Below, piece after piece: positions 27,400 to 39,904 of a DNA stretch of 64,000 bases. Positions within the stretch are counted from its first letter, which is position 1, and each line of letters opens with the position of its first letter. This DNA comes from Basidiobolus meristosporus CBS 931.73 (Eukaryota; Fungi; Basidiobolomycota): positions 1 to 64,000 of the forward strand of contig MCFE01000117.1 in assembly GCA_002104905.1 (NCBI GenBank), read 5' to 3'. A program made the translations under genes and the position numbers. Under the pieces are notes generated by a model, which saw nothing but the letters and a program-made list of their open reading frames with translations, did no database searches and was not told the DNA's origin.

Positions 27400-28038
27400 T
27401 TAGTGGGTCAGCTTCAATCTTGCCCAGCATGCATTAGTGCCCTTGGAAATACCGTCCTCCTCGAACAAGTCGCGGTTGATGAAGCCGAGAGTGATATGAG
27501 GGTAGTAGTTGTCTGGGTTGAACTGGCTGGGCTCGCCACCTTGCTTGACATAGATATTGAAGATGTCCCGGCGAATACGATTCAGGTTCTTGGCCTTGAC
27601 AATAACCTGATACGAAGCCTGCGGAACGTTGTCTATAACCTTTGCAACTCGACCCAGACAGTATGGCTCTACATAGGTCGCCTGGATCTTTCTAGCAACG
27701 GCAACCTTGTTGATTTGCTCGATAGTAACGTTGGCTTTGGCAAGAACGTCGAATTCCGGAGGGGTGATAACGGTGACGTGAGCCTCCCCTCTTCCCTTGA
27801 TAGGAGCAGGTAAGCTGGCGTTTAGAGCCTTGGAGAGTGGCTCCACGAGCTTGAAGTCAAGGTTCATTCCAAGCCAATTGGTAAAGGGTTTGGTGCCCAC
27901 GTGAGGAATGAAGTCAACCCGCTTCCCATCGGTGGCTCTTCTGCTTAGCTTGAAGGTTTTGCCAGACGGGTTGGCGAAGTCCTTGGCCTCTGAGGTCACG
28001 ATGAGGAGAGCAGCGAGGGCTAAAGAAAGAAATTTCAT
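27400..28038 (-). CDS. Secreted 2H phosphoesterase-family protein (~212 aa)
   Basis: Signal peptide MKFLSLALAALLIVTSEA and two HxT motifs (AHVTVITP, PHITLGF) about 100 aa apart. Confidence 0.78.
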   Translation of the reverse strand: MKFLSLALAALLIVTSEAKDFANPSGKTFKLSRRATDGKRVDFIPHVGTKPFTNWLGMNLDFKLVEPLSKALNASLPAPIKGRGEAHVTVITPPEFDVLAKANVTIEQINKVAVARKIQATYVEPYCLGRVAKVIDNVPQASYQVIVKAKNLNRIRRDIFNIYVKQGGEPSQFNPDNYYPHITLGFINRDLFEEDGISKGTNACWARLKLTH

Positions 28039-29040
28039 TGGGTGTGTGAGGGTGAGTGGCGAGTGTTTCGATGGTGCTTGCATACACCGCGACCGCATCG
28101 AGGAATTTAAATGTTCTGCGGTGTGGCAATTTTTTTCAGTAGCACAATGGCAGCGCTTCTGAAATTGGTATTGTACACTCGATAGCTTGTTTGTGGACCA
28201 GCACTCCACACGTGAAGTGACTCCTGTGGCCGTATTGTAGGATTTCGCCTGGCAGCCAAAGTTGGGAATATCTGGAACTTGGCCTGATTCAGGCACTGGG
28301 TAATTTCCCCGATGGCTATTGGACGAACCCGTATATTTGAGCAATGATTAGAGAGCCAGCAACGTGAAACATGGCGACGATTTTATTTGTCGCTCGCCAG
28401 AATTCACACCTTTTGGTGACGGGGAGCTGTTCGGAAGCGCAGTTGCACCACCACTCGAACTGATCTTGAGTGGAAACACAGCCCGCTTCAGGATCTTTTG
28501 CTGCTCACTCTGTGCCAATGGTGGAGACATGCCCAGGGTGTCATAGAGTACAGTGCCTATGTAGGCATCACTCACTGCCATTACCATCGCTATCTTGGCG
28601 CGGACAAGGCTGCACAGCATATCTCTATCGTGATTCTGGCTGGAATGGGGCTGTAATAAGCACCACTAACCCTCTGGACTACGGCCCCCTTATAGTCATA
28701 TCAACGCAGCGGCTGTAGCCACGATGGACTCGTCAAGTCCTTGGTAATGATGCCTTATCCGGAAAGACGCTAGCCAACATCTCGTTCCAGAAATGGGGTG
28801 AACAATTGGCGGCCAAAAGGGCAGTTCCGTCACATGAATTGAAAAGCATGGATTTTTCATCTAGTTGATTTTAGTTGGTCATTCAATGCAGTATTTCTAA
28901 ACATCTAACACGGTGGACTCAAAATACTGATTGCTACTCTAAGAATATACAGGTACTTTTGGGCGGATGAAGAGATCCTGGTGCTGGTTCGATAATTAGA
29001 TTTGGCGGATATTCTATGAACGTTGTGCTGGATGGGTTGA

Positions 29041-31081
29041 CTAGTGAGTGTGGAAGCAGTTGTTACAGCTGTGTTGCTTAAATACGTTCGCTACGTAATC
29101 TGTACATCCACACTCACGACATGGCAAGCTGTCGTTGGGATCCTGGCTGTCCCCCAGAGAGCTGGTGCGATCCGGAATTGCGATTGGCCGTGTCACTTTG
29201 GAGGGGCTCGGCTGGGCGGTCGGCGTACTTTGGTTCTGCAAAACGGGGTTCGATCCACCTACATGATGAGATGATGGTGCTGGGGCTGGTCTCTGCCAAC
29301 CGAGGGGCTCGCCCCGGACTAGAGTCTCTGTCGGGGCAGGCAAGGAACTCGAAATCTTGTTGTCGGGATAGTGGCTACTAGAGGGGCTGTATGGTAGTGT
29401 TTGGTTCAGAGCGGAAGTACCGGTTGTGTGGGCGACATTTGTATGCATGGGGGCTACTGACTCAAAAGACTCTACGTAATTAGCCGGAAACATTCCCGCG
29501 CGAGTCCCATATTCATCTGTAAGTTCTCCTATCCACCAGCCTTCGTCGATTTCGTCCAGAACAGTCACGATATCTCCTTTGCGGATGGGAAGTTCGTCTT
29601 TCGAGTCACCCTCAAAGTCATAAAGCACTCGGACTTTCTTCTTGGAGGCTCGGCTGGGAAGTGGGGGCATGGGCTTGTTATGGCTGGAGGTGTTTATGAA
29701 ATTAACGTTGGCCGCCGAATCCTCCGAAATGTCGCTGTTATTCCTGGGCATCTCAAATTCATCGGTGGGTGGGCTATAGCGAACGTTATGAGAGGATTCG
29801 TGATCCTCGTATGCCGTCGAAAAGTGGGCGCGATGAGATTTACTGCGTGAGACTGAGTGCTCACCTCGAACAGAAAGGCTTGGGTTTCGGCGTATAGCGT
29901 TGTAATAATTGGTCGATTTGCTGTACATGAGCACGTACCAAAGGGAATCTGTAAATGCGTGTTGCATTCGCCACGTGGATAACGAAGCCTACCTCTCGTT
30001 AAAGATATCTCGGATATTGGTAAGGATTTCAACACTTCTCTGATAGTATTCCAGCTCAGAGTCATAGAACATAGCTAGTTGTTGCATGTGCAATTCCTAG
30101 ATGGGCAGCAGTAGGGTTAGACCAAATGCCACTGATTTGTAGAATTGCTAACTGACCTCGGCATTACGGATATCGATCATTCTGCTGTACGTATCCTCCA
30201 AGGACTCGTTGAATTTCAGCTCAGCAGCACGCATTTGCTCCTCGAGCTCCGGTTTCTCTTTTTTAGCTCTCTGCACAGTGTTCAGCTTTGCGTTGTAGTC
30301 AAGTCGACGTGATTCCAGTTTTTTGCGTGCTTGCTGGGGGAGGGGAAATGCTTTCGGGTTAGATCTTAATCTCAGACAATTTCATATGCCAACTACGCTA
30401 CTTGTAATTCCTTCATCTCATTCATTGCTCCTTCTAGCCCGCTCACGTAATCCGCTCGTAGTTTGTTGGCCTAACAAAAACCGGTGAGATATTGAGTAAG
30501 ACTCGCGTCAATCTACCACCTACATAATTAAGTTGATTGTTGGCAATCTGTTCCTGGGCTTCACCAAATTTGAGCATAGCTTGACCTGTATGTCAAGAAA
30601 CGTTCACATTTAGTCCAATATCGAACCCACACTGACACAGGCAGTTAGGATACTTCACCAAAAGGGGATTCTTGTGGGAGCGTTTGCCCTTGGGCGATTA
30701 AAGAATAGGCTAAACCCAACAGTGGAGAGATCTTGTTTTTATCCTCGGTCCCCTTTTTCTTTTTCTCTACAACGGAAAGATTAATCGCCCACTCCCTCCA
30801 ATCTGGTCACCGCTAGTTTGTCTTGACGTACCCAAGGTTTTGAGATACAGCTCCGAGGCCATGTACAGCTTTTCCACGATCTCTTTTCGTTGATCGGTTT
30901 CAAGCTCCAATTTTATAAACTCATCGCTCGATTCCGTTCTGTTGGCTTTCCCGAGTTTCTCCTCGGTCCACTAAACCAACGTCGGTTAATCCTTCCATCA
31001 ACTGGACGGCACTGACTCTCTAAAAGCAATGGCTGATACCTGTTTGAATTTGCCCAAATTTTTCCCGATAGCGGCTGCCAT
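29041..31081 (-). CDS. N-BAR + SH3 domain protein (endophilin-like), multi-exon, with a C-terminal Cys/His motif (CRECGC...CNNCFHTH)
   Basis: Exons give GKFKQWTEEKLG..T..SDEF..LE.ETD.RKE, QARKKLESRRLDYNA (BAR), and VRVLYDFEGDSKDELPIRKGDIVTVLDEIDEGWWIG..GMFPANYV (SH3). The start exon is uncertain. Confidence 0.87.
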
Positions 31082-31668
31082 GAGTTAGCAAATATTCAAT
31101 AAATATGTTGTGCAACGCACCGGCTAAGAAACCTGGCAGGAGTATGTGAAGGTATACCTAGGTTGGTCGGTTTGAAATGTTGTTATTATAATCGCAAATT
31201 CCAATCCCTGGACCCACGGCAATCCAATCGCATCGTTGGGAACGGCCATGCCATGACCGCGAAATCAATCCCATATTCGATGATGTATTATTAGATGTGG
31301 CAAACTCGTTCGATCGGTGGCTTCACTTTTGGAATCACTGCCAGATTTCTTCTATTGATAGACCTGCAGTGCGATCTGCTTTCTCCGGAGATCCATCTTG
31401 ATACTCCCCGAGGCACATAGAATGTTCTACCAATTCAATACCCGCACTGTATGCCTTTTTGCATCATCGGTTTCGAGGCTGCGCCATGGATCCTATTCTA
31501 GATCAGAGTGTTCTGCATGGTGGTAATTTCCAGCAGCCATCTTGAGATGGGTCCGCCTTTGCTGATTGGTCAGTGAGGATCAGATGATGTTCGAAGAGTT
31601 CCATGACATCATCCGCATCAGGTACATAAGCAGGCGGACGCCCATGCCTAGCAAACAATACACTCATC

Positions 31669-32340
31669 ATGAACGCTGAAGAACTCGCCTCTTACCAATG
31701 CCAGTTGGACCAAGTCAAGCTTGCGCTGCAATCAGATCCCGAAAACAGTGAGCTCCTTAAGCTCAAAAGCGATTTGTCTGATCTAATAGCACTAACCAAA
31801 ACATTTCTGCAGCAACAAAATCTTTCCCCCACCAAGCCGAAGTCGATCAAGACCTCACCTAGACGCCCACCGACCAATGAGGTCTTTACCACTGCCTCCT
31901 CGGAGCACACATGGAAGGTGGGTGACAGCTGTCTAGTCCGGTGGCCAGTGGACGGTAAATTTTATGAAGGAGTTATTGTTGCTATCTCGCCGAGTGGTGA
32001 TTTCACCGTTACTTACAAGGGTTATGGAAACACCGAGTCCGTAACCATTGACGATTTGAAGCCCCCGAAGTCCGAAGGAAGAAAGAGGGGGGCTGAGTCG
32101 GTATTCGGCACCAAACACGCTCCCGCCAAGAAGGCCAACCCCCTTCCCAAGAACGTCGCCCTGAAACAGAAGCAGCAAAACTGGCTCAACTTCGTCAACA
32201 AGAAGACAAAGACCCCTGCGGTCAACAAGAAGTCCATATTTGCCTCCCCGGTCTCGGTCGAGGGCAAGGTAGGAGTAACCAGAAGTGGGAAGCCTATGAC
32301 TCAATTCGCTGCACAACATCGTCACGTCTTCAAAGTCTAA
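31669..32340 (+). CDS. SPF30: Splicing factor SPF30/SMNDC1 (Tudor domain)
   Basis: ELASYQCQLDQVKLALQSDPENSELLKLKSDLSDLIALT N-terminus, Tudor WKVGDSCLVRWPVDGKFYEGVI..VTYKGYGNTESV, and C-terminal KKSIFASP...GKVGVTRSGKPMT. Confidence 0.88.
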   Translation: MNAEELASYQCQLDQVKLALQSDPENSELLKLKSDLSDLIALTKTFLQQQNLSPTKPKSIKTSPRRPPTNEVFTTASSEHTWKVGDSCLVRWPVDGKFYEGVIVAISPSGDFTVTYKGYGNTESVTIDDLKPPKSEGRKRGAESVFGTKHAPAKKANPLPKNVALKQKQQNWLNFVNKKTKTPAVNKKSIFASPVSVEGKVGVTRSGKPMTQFAAQHRHVFKV

Positions 32341-32719
32341 TGCCGACTTCGAGCGTTGGTCTAAGCACTCATGTATGGCTGGCGAGCTCTTTTCGCTGGT
32401 AGCATGTGCTTATTTCATCTCGAATAATCTGAGCACCTTTTGTATATAGTTCGTAGGTCGTTGGTTTGCAAGTCACAAGCAACAGCTTACCCAAGGAGTC
32501 TATGTCTGGCCAAGTAAGAGTTTTCTTTGTTATTGCAAATCTGGTTCTTCTCTTACTGGATGAAGTAAATACAATAAACACGCATAATTCATAAACAATC
32601 TCCGTCTTGGTATTGTTGTTCATGGTCTGCTTGCGCGCCCTACACTTGTACTTCTAAACATCACCCAGTCGCATTCAACTCCCATATCCAATTCTATCCA
32701 GCTGTATATAGGATTTCGT

Positions 32720-33672
32720 TGTGAGAGTCTTGGTGATATTGCAAGTGATTGGGAGAGCAAGTAGATAATGTGGTATTCACTTGATGATATACTGAATATA
32801 AATGGTGGTATATACAATTTTACATGTTCTTGCCAAAACAAGCACGTGCAGTATGCTTAGGAAGGTTCCAAGAACACGTGTGGAAAGATTGGAGGCTTTT
32901 GGTCAACTTGGAGAATTTTGATGTTCTAGGTACCTGGCGTTTTGATGAGAATATTCCAAGTAAATCCCAACAGGAATTTGGGCAAGAAATAGTAAGGATC
33001 ATAAGCTGTGATCCAAGTGACCAAGTTGATGGAATATTTGCATGTAAATTAGATTCCCAAAAGCTCAAAAAAAGTCTCTTAGCCATTACTATTGCAAAGC
33101 TCCACTGCCAGTATCAATGCTTCATTTAAGCATATCCCATCAGGGAATGAACCAATTCTTATTTGTAACTATCCTGTTTGACTTCTTGTTGGTTACCACT
33201 GTCACAATTGATAATACACATGTGGCATCTCATTAACTGTATATCCAAATAGTACTTTACTCAGCACATGTAAGAATGTTGAAGGTATTGGAAGTGATTG
33301 GAAGAACAAGTAGAGTATGTGGTTCTTGCTTATTGATTTTTGAATGTCAAAGTAGTATTTGTACTTTTACATGGTCTTGGTAAGATAACCATGTAAAATA
33401 TGTTTAATGTTGTAAGAGTCTTGAAGATATTGGAAGTGATTGGGACAACAAGTAGATTATGCTTAGGAAGGTCCCAAGAACATGCATGCAAAACTTGGGG
33501 CTGCTTGGACAACATAAATTATTTTCACCAATACATCAGGTACCCAGAACATGAACATTCTCAAAGTAAATCCTGACAAGGAATTTGGTCAGTATTCACT
33601 AAAATTTATAGGTAATGATCTAAGTGACCAAGTTAGGTAGATATTTAGGTAAAATTACAAAATTTTACAGCA
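32720..33672 (-). repeat. Degenerate direct repeats at the 3' end of the copia element (probable 3' LTR with internal or tandem duplication)
   Basis: 32720-33050 resembles 33405-33660, with a third partial copy at ~33270-33330. A purine-rich tract then TG follows the RNase H end at 33672 on the minus strand. Confidence 0.5.
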
Positions 33673-36350
33673 CTCCAACTTATCTAAATGTTCACACTGA
33701 CTAGTTCAAATTGTGACCTAAGATATTGAAGTTTGTCTCTAGATAATGGTCTGGTAAATATGTCTGCAATCATTTCATCTGTAGGACAGTAGACTAAAGT
33801 GGGTTATACTCTATAGCTTCATATCTGAACTGATGTCTATTATCTTTGTGCTTAGTTCCAGCATAAGAAGTTGGATTTCTACCTAACTGTATCCATTCTT
33901 GACAATCTTGAAATAAAGAAATGGGCACTTTTTGACATAAGCCTAAGTCTTTAAAAAGCTTTCTTAACTACATTGCTTCTTTTGTGGCTTCATCATCTGC
34001 CATATACTCTGCTTCTGTGGTAGAAAGTGCTAGAGTTGGTTACTTTCTTGAATTCCAGGAAATTGCTCCTTTACTGTAAAGAAAGGTGTAACCTATTGTA
34101 GATCTTTTGTCTTCTAAATTTTGTCCCCAGTCAGCATCAGAGTAACCCACAGGATCCTGATCTGAATCCTCAGAGGTGTACCTTCAGCAGATATCAGCAG
34201 TTCCTTTTAGATACCTGGAAATCTGCAAAACTGCAACAACATGATCAGATATATAGTTCTGATTATTTTGGCTAACAACTCCCACAAAATATGAGATATC
34301 TGGACATGTTCCCAGCATGATATACATCAAACTGCCAACTAGTAACTGATAAGGAAAGTCAGGGCTTTCAGATTGGACCAGGTTTTCTTAATTTGGTTGA
34401 GTTTTGACCAAGTTATGGTTTGTCCCCATTGGGTTGCTACTACTTTAAATATATCTTGAATATATATGGATAGGCTTAGAGTAATAGTTTGGGTAATTTT
34501 GCTCATAGTGAAATTTATCCCTAAGTAGTAACTGTGCTCTCCTAAATTGGTTGTCTTGAACTTCTCAGATAGGCTCAATTTAGTCACTTCCAATGTTTCT
34601 TAGTTATTGGTGGCTATAATCAGATCAACCACATATAGCGCTAATAGAGCTGGGCTTACTCTATCAGGCTTATAGTAGATACTATAGGCAGCAGTACCTC
34701 TGTTGAAATTCAAATATTTCAAATAAAAATAAATCTTGCAATTCCAAGCTCAAGATAATTGTATGAGACAATTTAGAGATTTTTAAGCTTGCAGACCTAC
34801 AAATGGTTTTCTTGGTGCACAAACCCACCAGGCTAGTGAATGTACACATCTTCATCAAGTTCTCTGGTCAAAAATGCAGCTTTTACCTCCATTTGCTGAA
34901 AGAAAAACTTGTTTTTGGCTGCAACAGCCAATATTAGTCTGATGGAACTAACCTTGGCTACTGGTGCAAAGGTTTCAGTGTAGTCTAGATCTTTTCTTTA
35001 GAAGTTTCCTTTAGCCACAGACCTTGCTTTGTATCTTTTGATTGTATCAAAAGCCTTTTATTTTGTTTTAAATACCCTTCTGCATCCAGTTGACTTTTGG
35101 TTTGTTGGCAACTTGACAAATTATTGGTTTATTCACCATCAGGGCCTGATACTCCCCAGGCATTGCAGATCTCCAAAACTTTGTCTGCGGACTATTGAGG
35201 GCTGCTTCTACAGTCTGGGGCTGGTCAATATGGACTGAATAGGCCTAGGCCAAGTTTGTAACCTTGTCAATAGAGCAATCTGGGCTTTTTCAAGTCTGCT
35301 TGGATCTTTTGCCTTGTGACACTGGAATGATCACCTCTGGCATGTTCCTGGGAATTGTTTCAGGCTGAACCACAACTGCAGAGTCTGCTGGAGGGGAAAT
35401 ATTTTCATTGTTTTGATTGGATTCCATCCTGGCTGCTGGTGGCTTTGAGATCAAACTTTAGTCATCATCTGATGTTGCTTTTTACTAAATTTCTTAGTTT
35501 TCATCAAGCAACACATCACTACACTTGATCAGCTTCTTTGCTTTGGTATTATAGAGTCTATGTGCCTTATTCCCAATACAGTAATCCAAGGAATATGGAT
35601 TTCACACTTTGAGATCAAGTTTTGACTGATGTCTGGGCATTTTGTTGGCACATGCTGTGTCAACAAATATTCTTAGGTGCTCTGCACTTGATCAGTATAT
35701 ATACCATGCCTCAAATTGAGTAAAACCACAAAGTATTCTGCTACAACATCCATTTTAAGGTATACAACTGTGGCAATTGATTCTGCCCAAAAATCAAAGG
35801 ATAATTTCTCATTGTGTATTATAGTTCTTACTATATCAATCATTGCTCTTTTTGCACATTTGGCAACTCCATTTTGCTGTGGGGAGTGAGGTATAGTAGT
35901 GTCTTGCTTTGTCCCATGAGCTTAGCAGAAGTGGATAAATAAATTTGAAGTACATTCTCCACCATTCTGTATGAAAATAATTGTGATGATCCTGTTAAAA
36001 GGTCATCACAAAATTTAAATCCCATGACAAAGAGGTATTGATGCCATTATGACACTGTGCAAAGACTGTTTGGAGAAAATTGCACCCCAGATTTCACAAA
36101 AAACTTGGTCAATAATTTTCATCACAGTGATAGATAAGTGGCTTCTAATTGGTTCTCTGCCAACTCTCTCACTTTCTAATCCCAGACACCCAATCACCTC
36201 CTATGTTTGTATAAATTTATTGCCTATTGCCTCTTTTTCACACTCCTGACTTCCTGACTACACAATGCTCTTACTTTTCATGCATACTAATTGATCTATT
36301 TACTTACAATCTAAAGTTGTAACTTGATTTCAATCTATACTGGCCTATAA
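33673..36350 (-). mobile_element. Decayed Ty1/copia retrotransposon (integrase-RT-RNase H order)
   Basis: Frame-broken motifs: QNGGECTSN..HSPQQNGVAK..FWAESIATVVYL (IN), QMEVKAAFL..ELDEDVYIHQP (RT), and GYSDADWGQNLEDKRSTIG..LSTTEAEY..YCPTDEMIADIFTRPL (RH). Gag-like fragments may extend to ~37650. Confidence 0.85.
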
Positions 36351-36797
36351 AAATACCTATACCTATCACTAATATCAAGCCCAACTGCACACATGAGAGG
36401 TAACTCCCTCAAGGTCCACCATTCAATAAGTATTTCTGCCAAAATGCCCTTTTTCCAATACTTTGGTGGGAACTGTTGTGTTGTATTATGATTAGTTTGG
36501 GGCTTGTTCTACAATGTAGAGGCTAATCAACAATATACAACAACTTCCAGTATGCTAATATTGAAATAGTTTATTGAGAGTTTGATATACCAATATAAGA
36601 TATAACTTTCACCAATATCCTCAATCTTAGGCTCAAAATGTACTATAGGCAGAGTTTCTCACTTCTACAGCAATGTTCAGACCTTCTGTCAACTAATGGG
36701 CTTATTTACATATATAGTCACTTTTCCTTATTTGCAAGTCACCTTCCTTTCTGAGAAAGTATTTCCTAATATGGATATTTTGAACTCTCCTTTAACC

Positions 36798-37034
36798 TAA
36801 AGGGGTGGGTTGTAGAAGTCTCTAAAGGGGTCTTTAGACCTAAAGGGGTGTCTTTAGAACAAAGGGGCTCCTTATAGTGGTCTCTTAAGTGGACTTTACA
36901 CTAAAGGGGTGCCTAAAGGGGCTTCTTTAGAGTAAAGGGGCTTCTTAAAGGGGTCTCTAAAGGTGTGTCTTTAGAGTAAAGGGGCTTCTTAAAGGGGTCT
37001 CTAAAGGTGTGTCTTTAGAGTAAAGGGGCTTCTT
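36798..37034. repeat. Tandem array of (T)AAAGGGG subunits with a 44-bp higher-order unit and internal inverted repeats
   Basis: AGTAAAGGGG recurs at 36931, 36975 and 37019. About 13 subunits in total. CTCTAAAG/CTTTAGAG stems. Confidence 0.85.
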
Positions 37035-38162
37035 TGAGAGGACTTTTCCAACAGAAAAGTGGTAGTTTCTTGTAGAACTAAGATTGGATTTTTGTGAGCT
37101 TTGCAGTCTCTTTACTGATGTAGTACCAATCAAAGTCAGAGTACTCAACAGTGCAAGTGATGCAGGGGAAGTCTTATAACCTTTAAACTTGTAATTGTAG
37201 TGTGGAGATTCTGGAAAGAGAGGCTCTCCTTTATTTTTCAGCTGGGGAAGTCATATATATGAAATTTCTGAAGGATCAAAGTTTTTGGGCAATTGCGCCA
37301 GCAATACACATGATACAAAGCTAAATTTTTGCAGTGGTGCAGATTGTATATAAGCACAGCATCTGTGAAAGTTTCACGCAATTTGATTGGCTGGTTTGAA
37401 AGCTACATGTTATCAAAGTCACCATAGTAATCCTAGCAATAGAAACCTAGTATATGTAATAATTGGACTCTTTTGGTCATAACTCCTTACATACTGCTTC
37501 AAATATGCTGCAATTTGAAACATGTGTTGCCTACTGCGTGTTCTGTATGACATAATATTCTTGGATGGATTGCTTGTCAGGGTCTGGAGTATTTGTCCTT
37601 CAAAGCTGTAAATTCTTGATCTTTCACCTGTGTGCTACAATAGCAAAAAGCAAAATAAACAAATGAGTGCAATATTGGTTTTAAGATATTGTAGTAATGG
37701 AATACTTTCCATTACCACAGAGCCCCATGGCTTTATGCCATTGTTCATTCACTTGTTCTCATATATCATGGTCTTCAGCGGGTGCCGCAAGGTCTACAAC
37801 CTTATATGCTAGTCTTTGAAATAAATCCTTGCAATATTCAAGTGCATTCTCTTGAGCATTGCTCTTGAAGAAGCGCTGGAACCTTTTGCTGTACCTGTTG
37901 TTGCCCCAAAACTCCACTGTAGGCTTTGCAATAGTCTTTTGAGTTCTTGATGTTGTTGCTTTGTCTGTCAGTGGGAATTCCTCACTGCCTATAACAGAGA
38001 ATGTAAATGCTGTGGTAGACAAATTGCCTTTCTCTGCAAACTCATCTACCTTGCTGTAGTGTAGCTCAGCTGCCTGCACTCTCAACTTTTGTGAAAACAG
38101 CTGTTTTCTTGTTGATATCTCTTCTTGGATATGATGGGATTCAGTGTGTTCTGGGCTTACAG

Positions 38163-39233
38163 TGTAGTGGGGTGACAGTGACACCCACTGGCAGATGTGC
38201 TCATTCCCATATTTTCTACTTCCCTATTTCTCTACTACGCTTATTTTAGTTTTATCCCATTTGTCTTACCTGATCAGTACTATCCCATAAGTTGTTTGAC
38301 TATCACACCTGCTCACCTTATTGCATAGCTTATGCCTGACTTTATGTAAGATTACTAGAAGCAAGTGGTTCTATATTGGGCAAGTACCCGCATCAGTACC
38401 CATGACACATGATCAACCTGTGTCACCATCCCTACCATTTCCATACCATATATGGTATCCCTATGTTACACAGGTTTCAAAGTACTGATTCCCAGTTGGT
38501 TGGATGTGCTGGGCCTCTTAGAACCTTCTGGCACCTACTTAGAATACTCTTAGCTCATTCTAATGTCATTAAGATTTCTACTGATGTCCATAACCTTCTG
38601 GAATACCATGATTAGTAATCACTTGGTCAGTAAGAAAAGTATATAAGAGAGGCTATCCCTTAACAATAAATCATCATCCCTTTTATCAATATACCGACTT
38701 GTTGATTAGTGTGATCACTGCTACCTGCTGCTACCTGAACTTCCAACCCCAGACTGCAGGACACACCCAGGAAACTGCGCTGACAGCCAACTGACCATGG
38801 AGGCACTACTTGTGTGGAATACTCAGAGTAGGTATCTTTTACTATATTTGATTCTTCCCCAAGTTTGTTCTTGTACAGGCAATGATACTTTTCTGTCTTT
38901 GTAACTATTGACCACAGCTGCATTCTTATCAAGTCCCTGCTGGTGGAGTTTACAGTTGTTTTGACTTTGGAAGCTTTAGTACATTGTCATCTCAAAGGAT
39001 GCTGAACCCAGCACATACTTTTGTTAAGACGCCAACTAAGTTGGGGATTGTAGCTCAATAGTTTTCCCTTGACAAGCTTGCGGCTTTATTCCCCATCACA
39101 TTAGATTAGAGGCAGTACCCAAGTATTCCTAGCAAGCTTTTGCCAGAGGTTATTGCACCTAGTGAACACCCCACACACAAAACACTTGAGAAGTGTTGGA
39201 CTTTTCTCTCCCTTGAACCTATACACCACCACA
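38163..39233 (+). mobile_element. Solo LTR, family S, copy 1 (1,071 bp)
   Basis: TGTAGTG...CACCACA termini, TATATAAG at 38640, AATAAA at 38665. Flanks ACAG/ATGG; the uninterrupted X copy has a single CTGT (opposite-strand reading) at this site. Confidence 0.88.
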
Positions 39234-39904
39234 ATGGCATTAATTGGCAAGAACTGTAGTTTTCTTTGTATGCTTCCCGGTCTCAGGCTTATGAAGAAAT
39301 TTTTTCCTTTACCTTTCCTTTATGACTGCCAGATCTTTCACTGCTACTTTTTCTGAGTGCTTCTTGTAATGAGCAACGTTTTCTCCTTGATAACTTCTGC
39401 TCTGATGCATCTATTTTGGCCTGCTTGTCCCTAGCTGGCACTCTCCTGGCAACTTGACACTTCTTTACTGCTTGTTTTGAGCTCTCAGCTGTAGTTGTGA
39501 CATGCTCCTGAGAAAGCTTCTGGTTTTTATCACTGCCAGGCCCTTCACTGCTACTTTTACTGAGTGCTTCGCGAGCTGTACAACACCTTTTCCTTGATAA
39601 ATGTTGTGCTGGTGCATCCATATCTGCCTGCTTGCCCCTTATTGTCACTCTTCCAACTAACTGATGTCTCTTTGCTGCTTGTTTGGAGCTTTTAGTCCTG
39701 CTTGTAATGGGCTCTTGAGGAAGCTGCTGGGTTTGGCCATGGATCCCTTGTTCTTCTGCCTTTGATAGTTCCTGCTATTCTTAAGATACTTTCTTAGCAT
39801 ACAAATGCTGGCCAAGAATCTGTTTGCCTGTTTGAATCCAGGATAATGCTCATGGAACAAGTTTGAGTTGCCTACTTGACTGAGAGCCTGAGGAGTCTCC
39901 ATTA

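Noticed and set aside
36798-37034. CRISPR array or interstitial telomere
   Set aside because: No unique spacers, no cas genes and a eukaryotic context. The unit is not TTAGGG-like and has a higher-order period.
38660-38932. ~90-aa ORF present in all three family S LTRs
   Set aside because: The copies are closely similar, so a shared ORF is expected. Starts are mostly TTG or variable, and there is no domain or evidence of selection.
39043-39095. tRNA-like GGGGATTGTAGCTCAA...TCCCCA within the LTR
   Set aside because: Only 53 nt, with no T-arm or B-box (GTTCRA); cannot form a cloverleaf.
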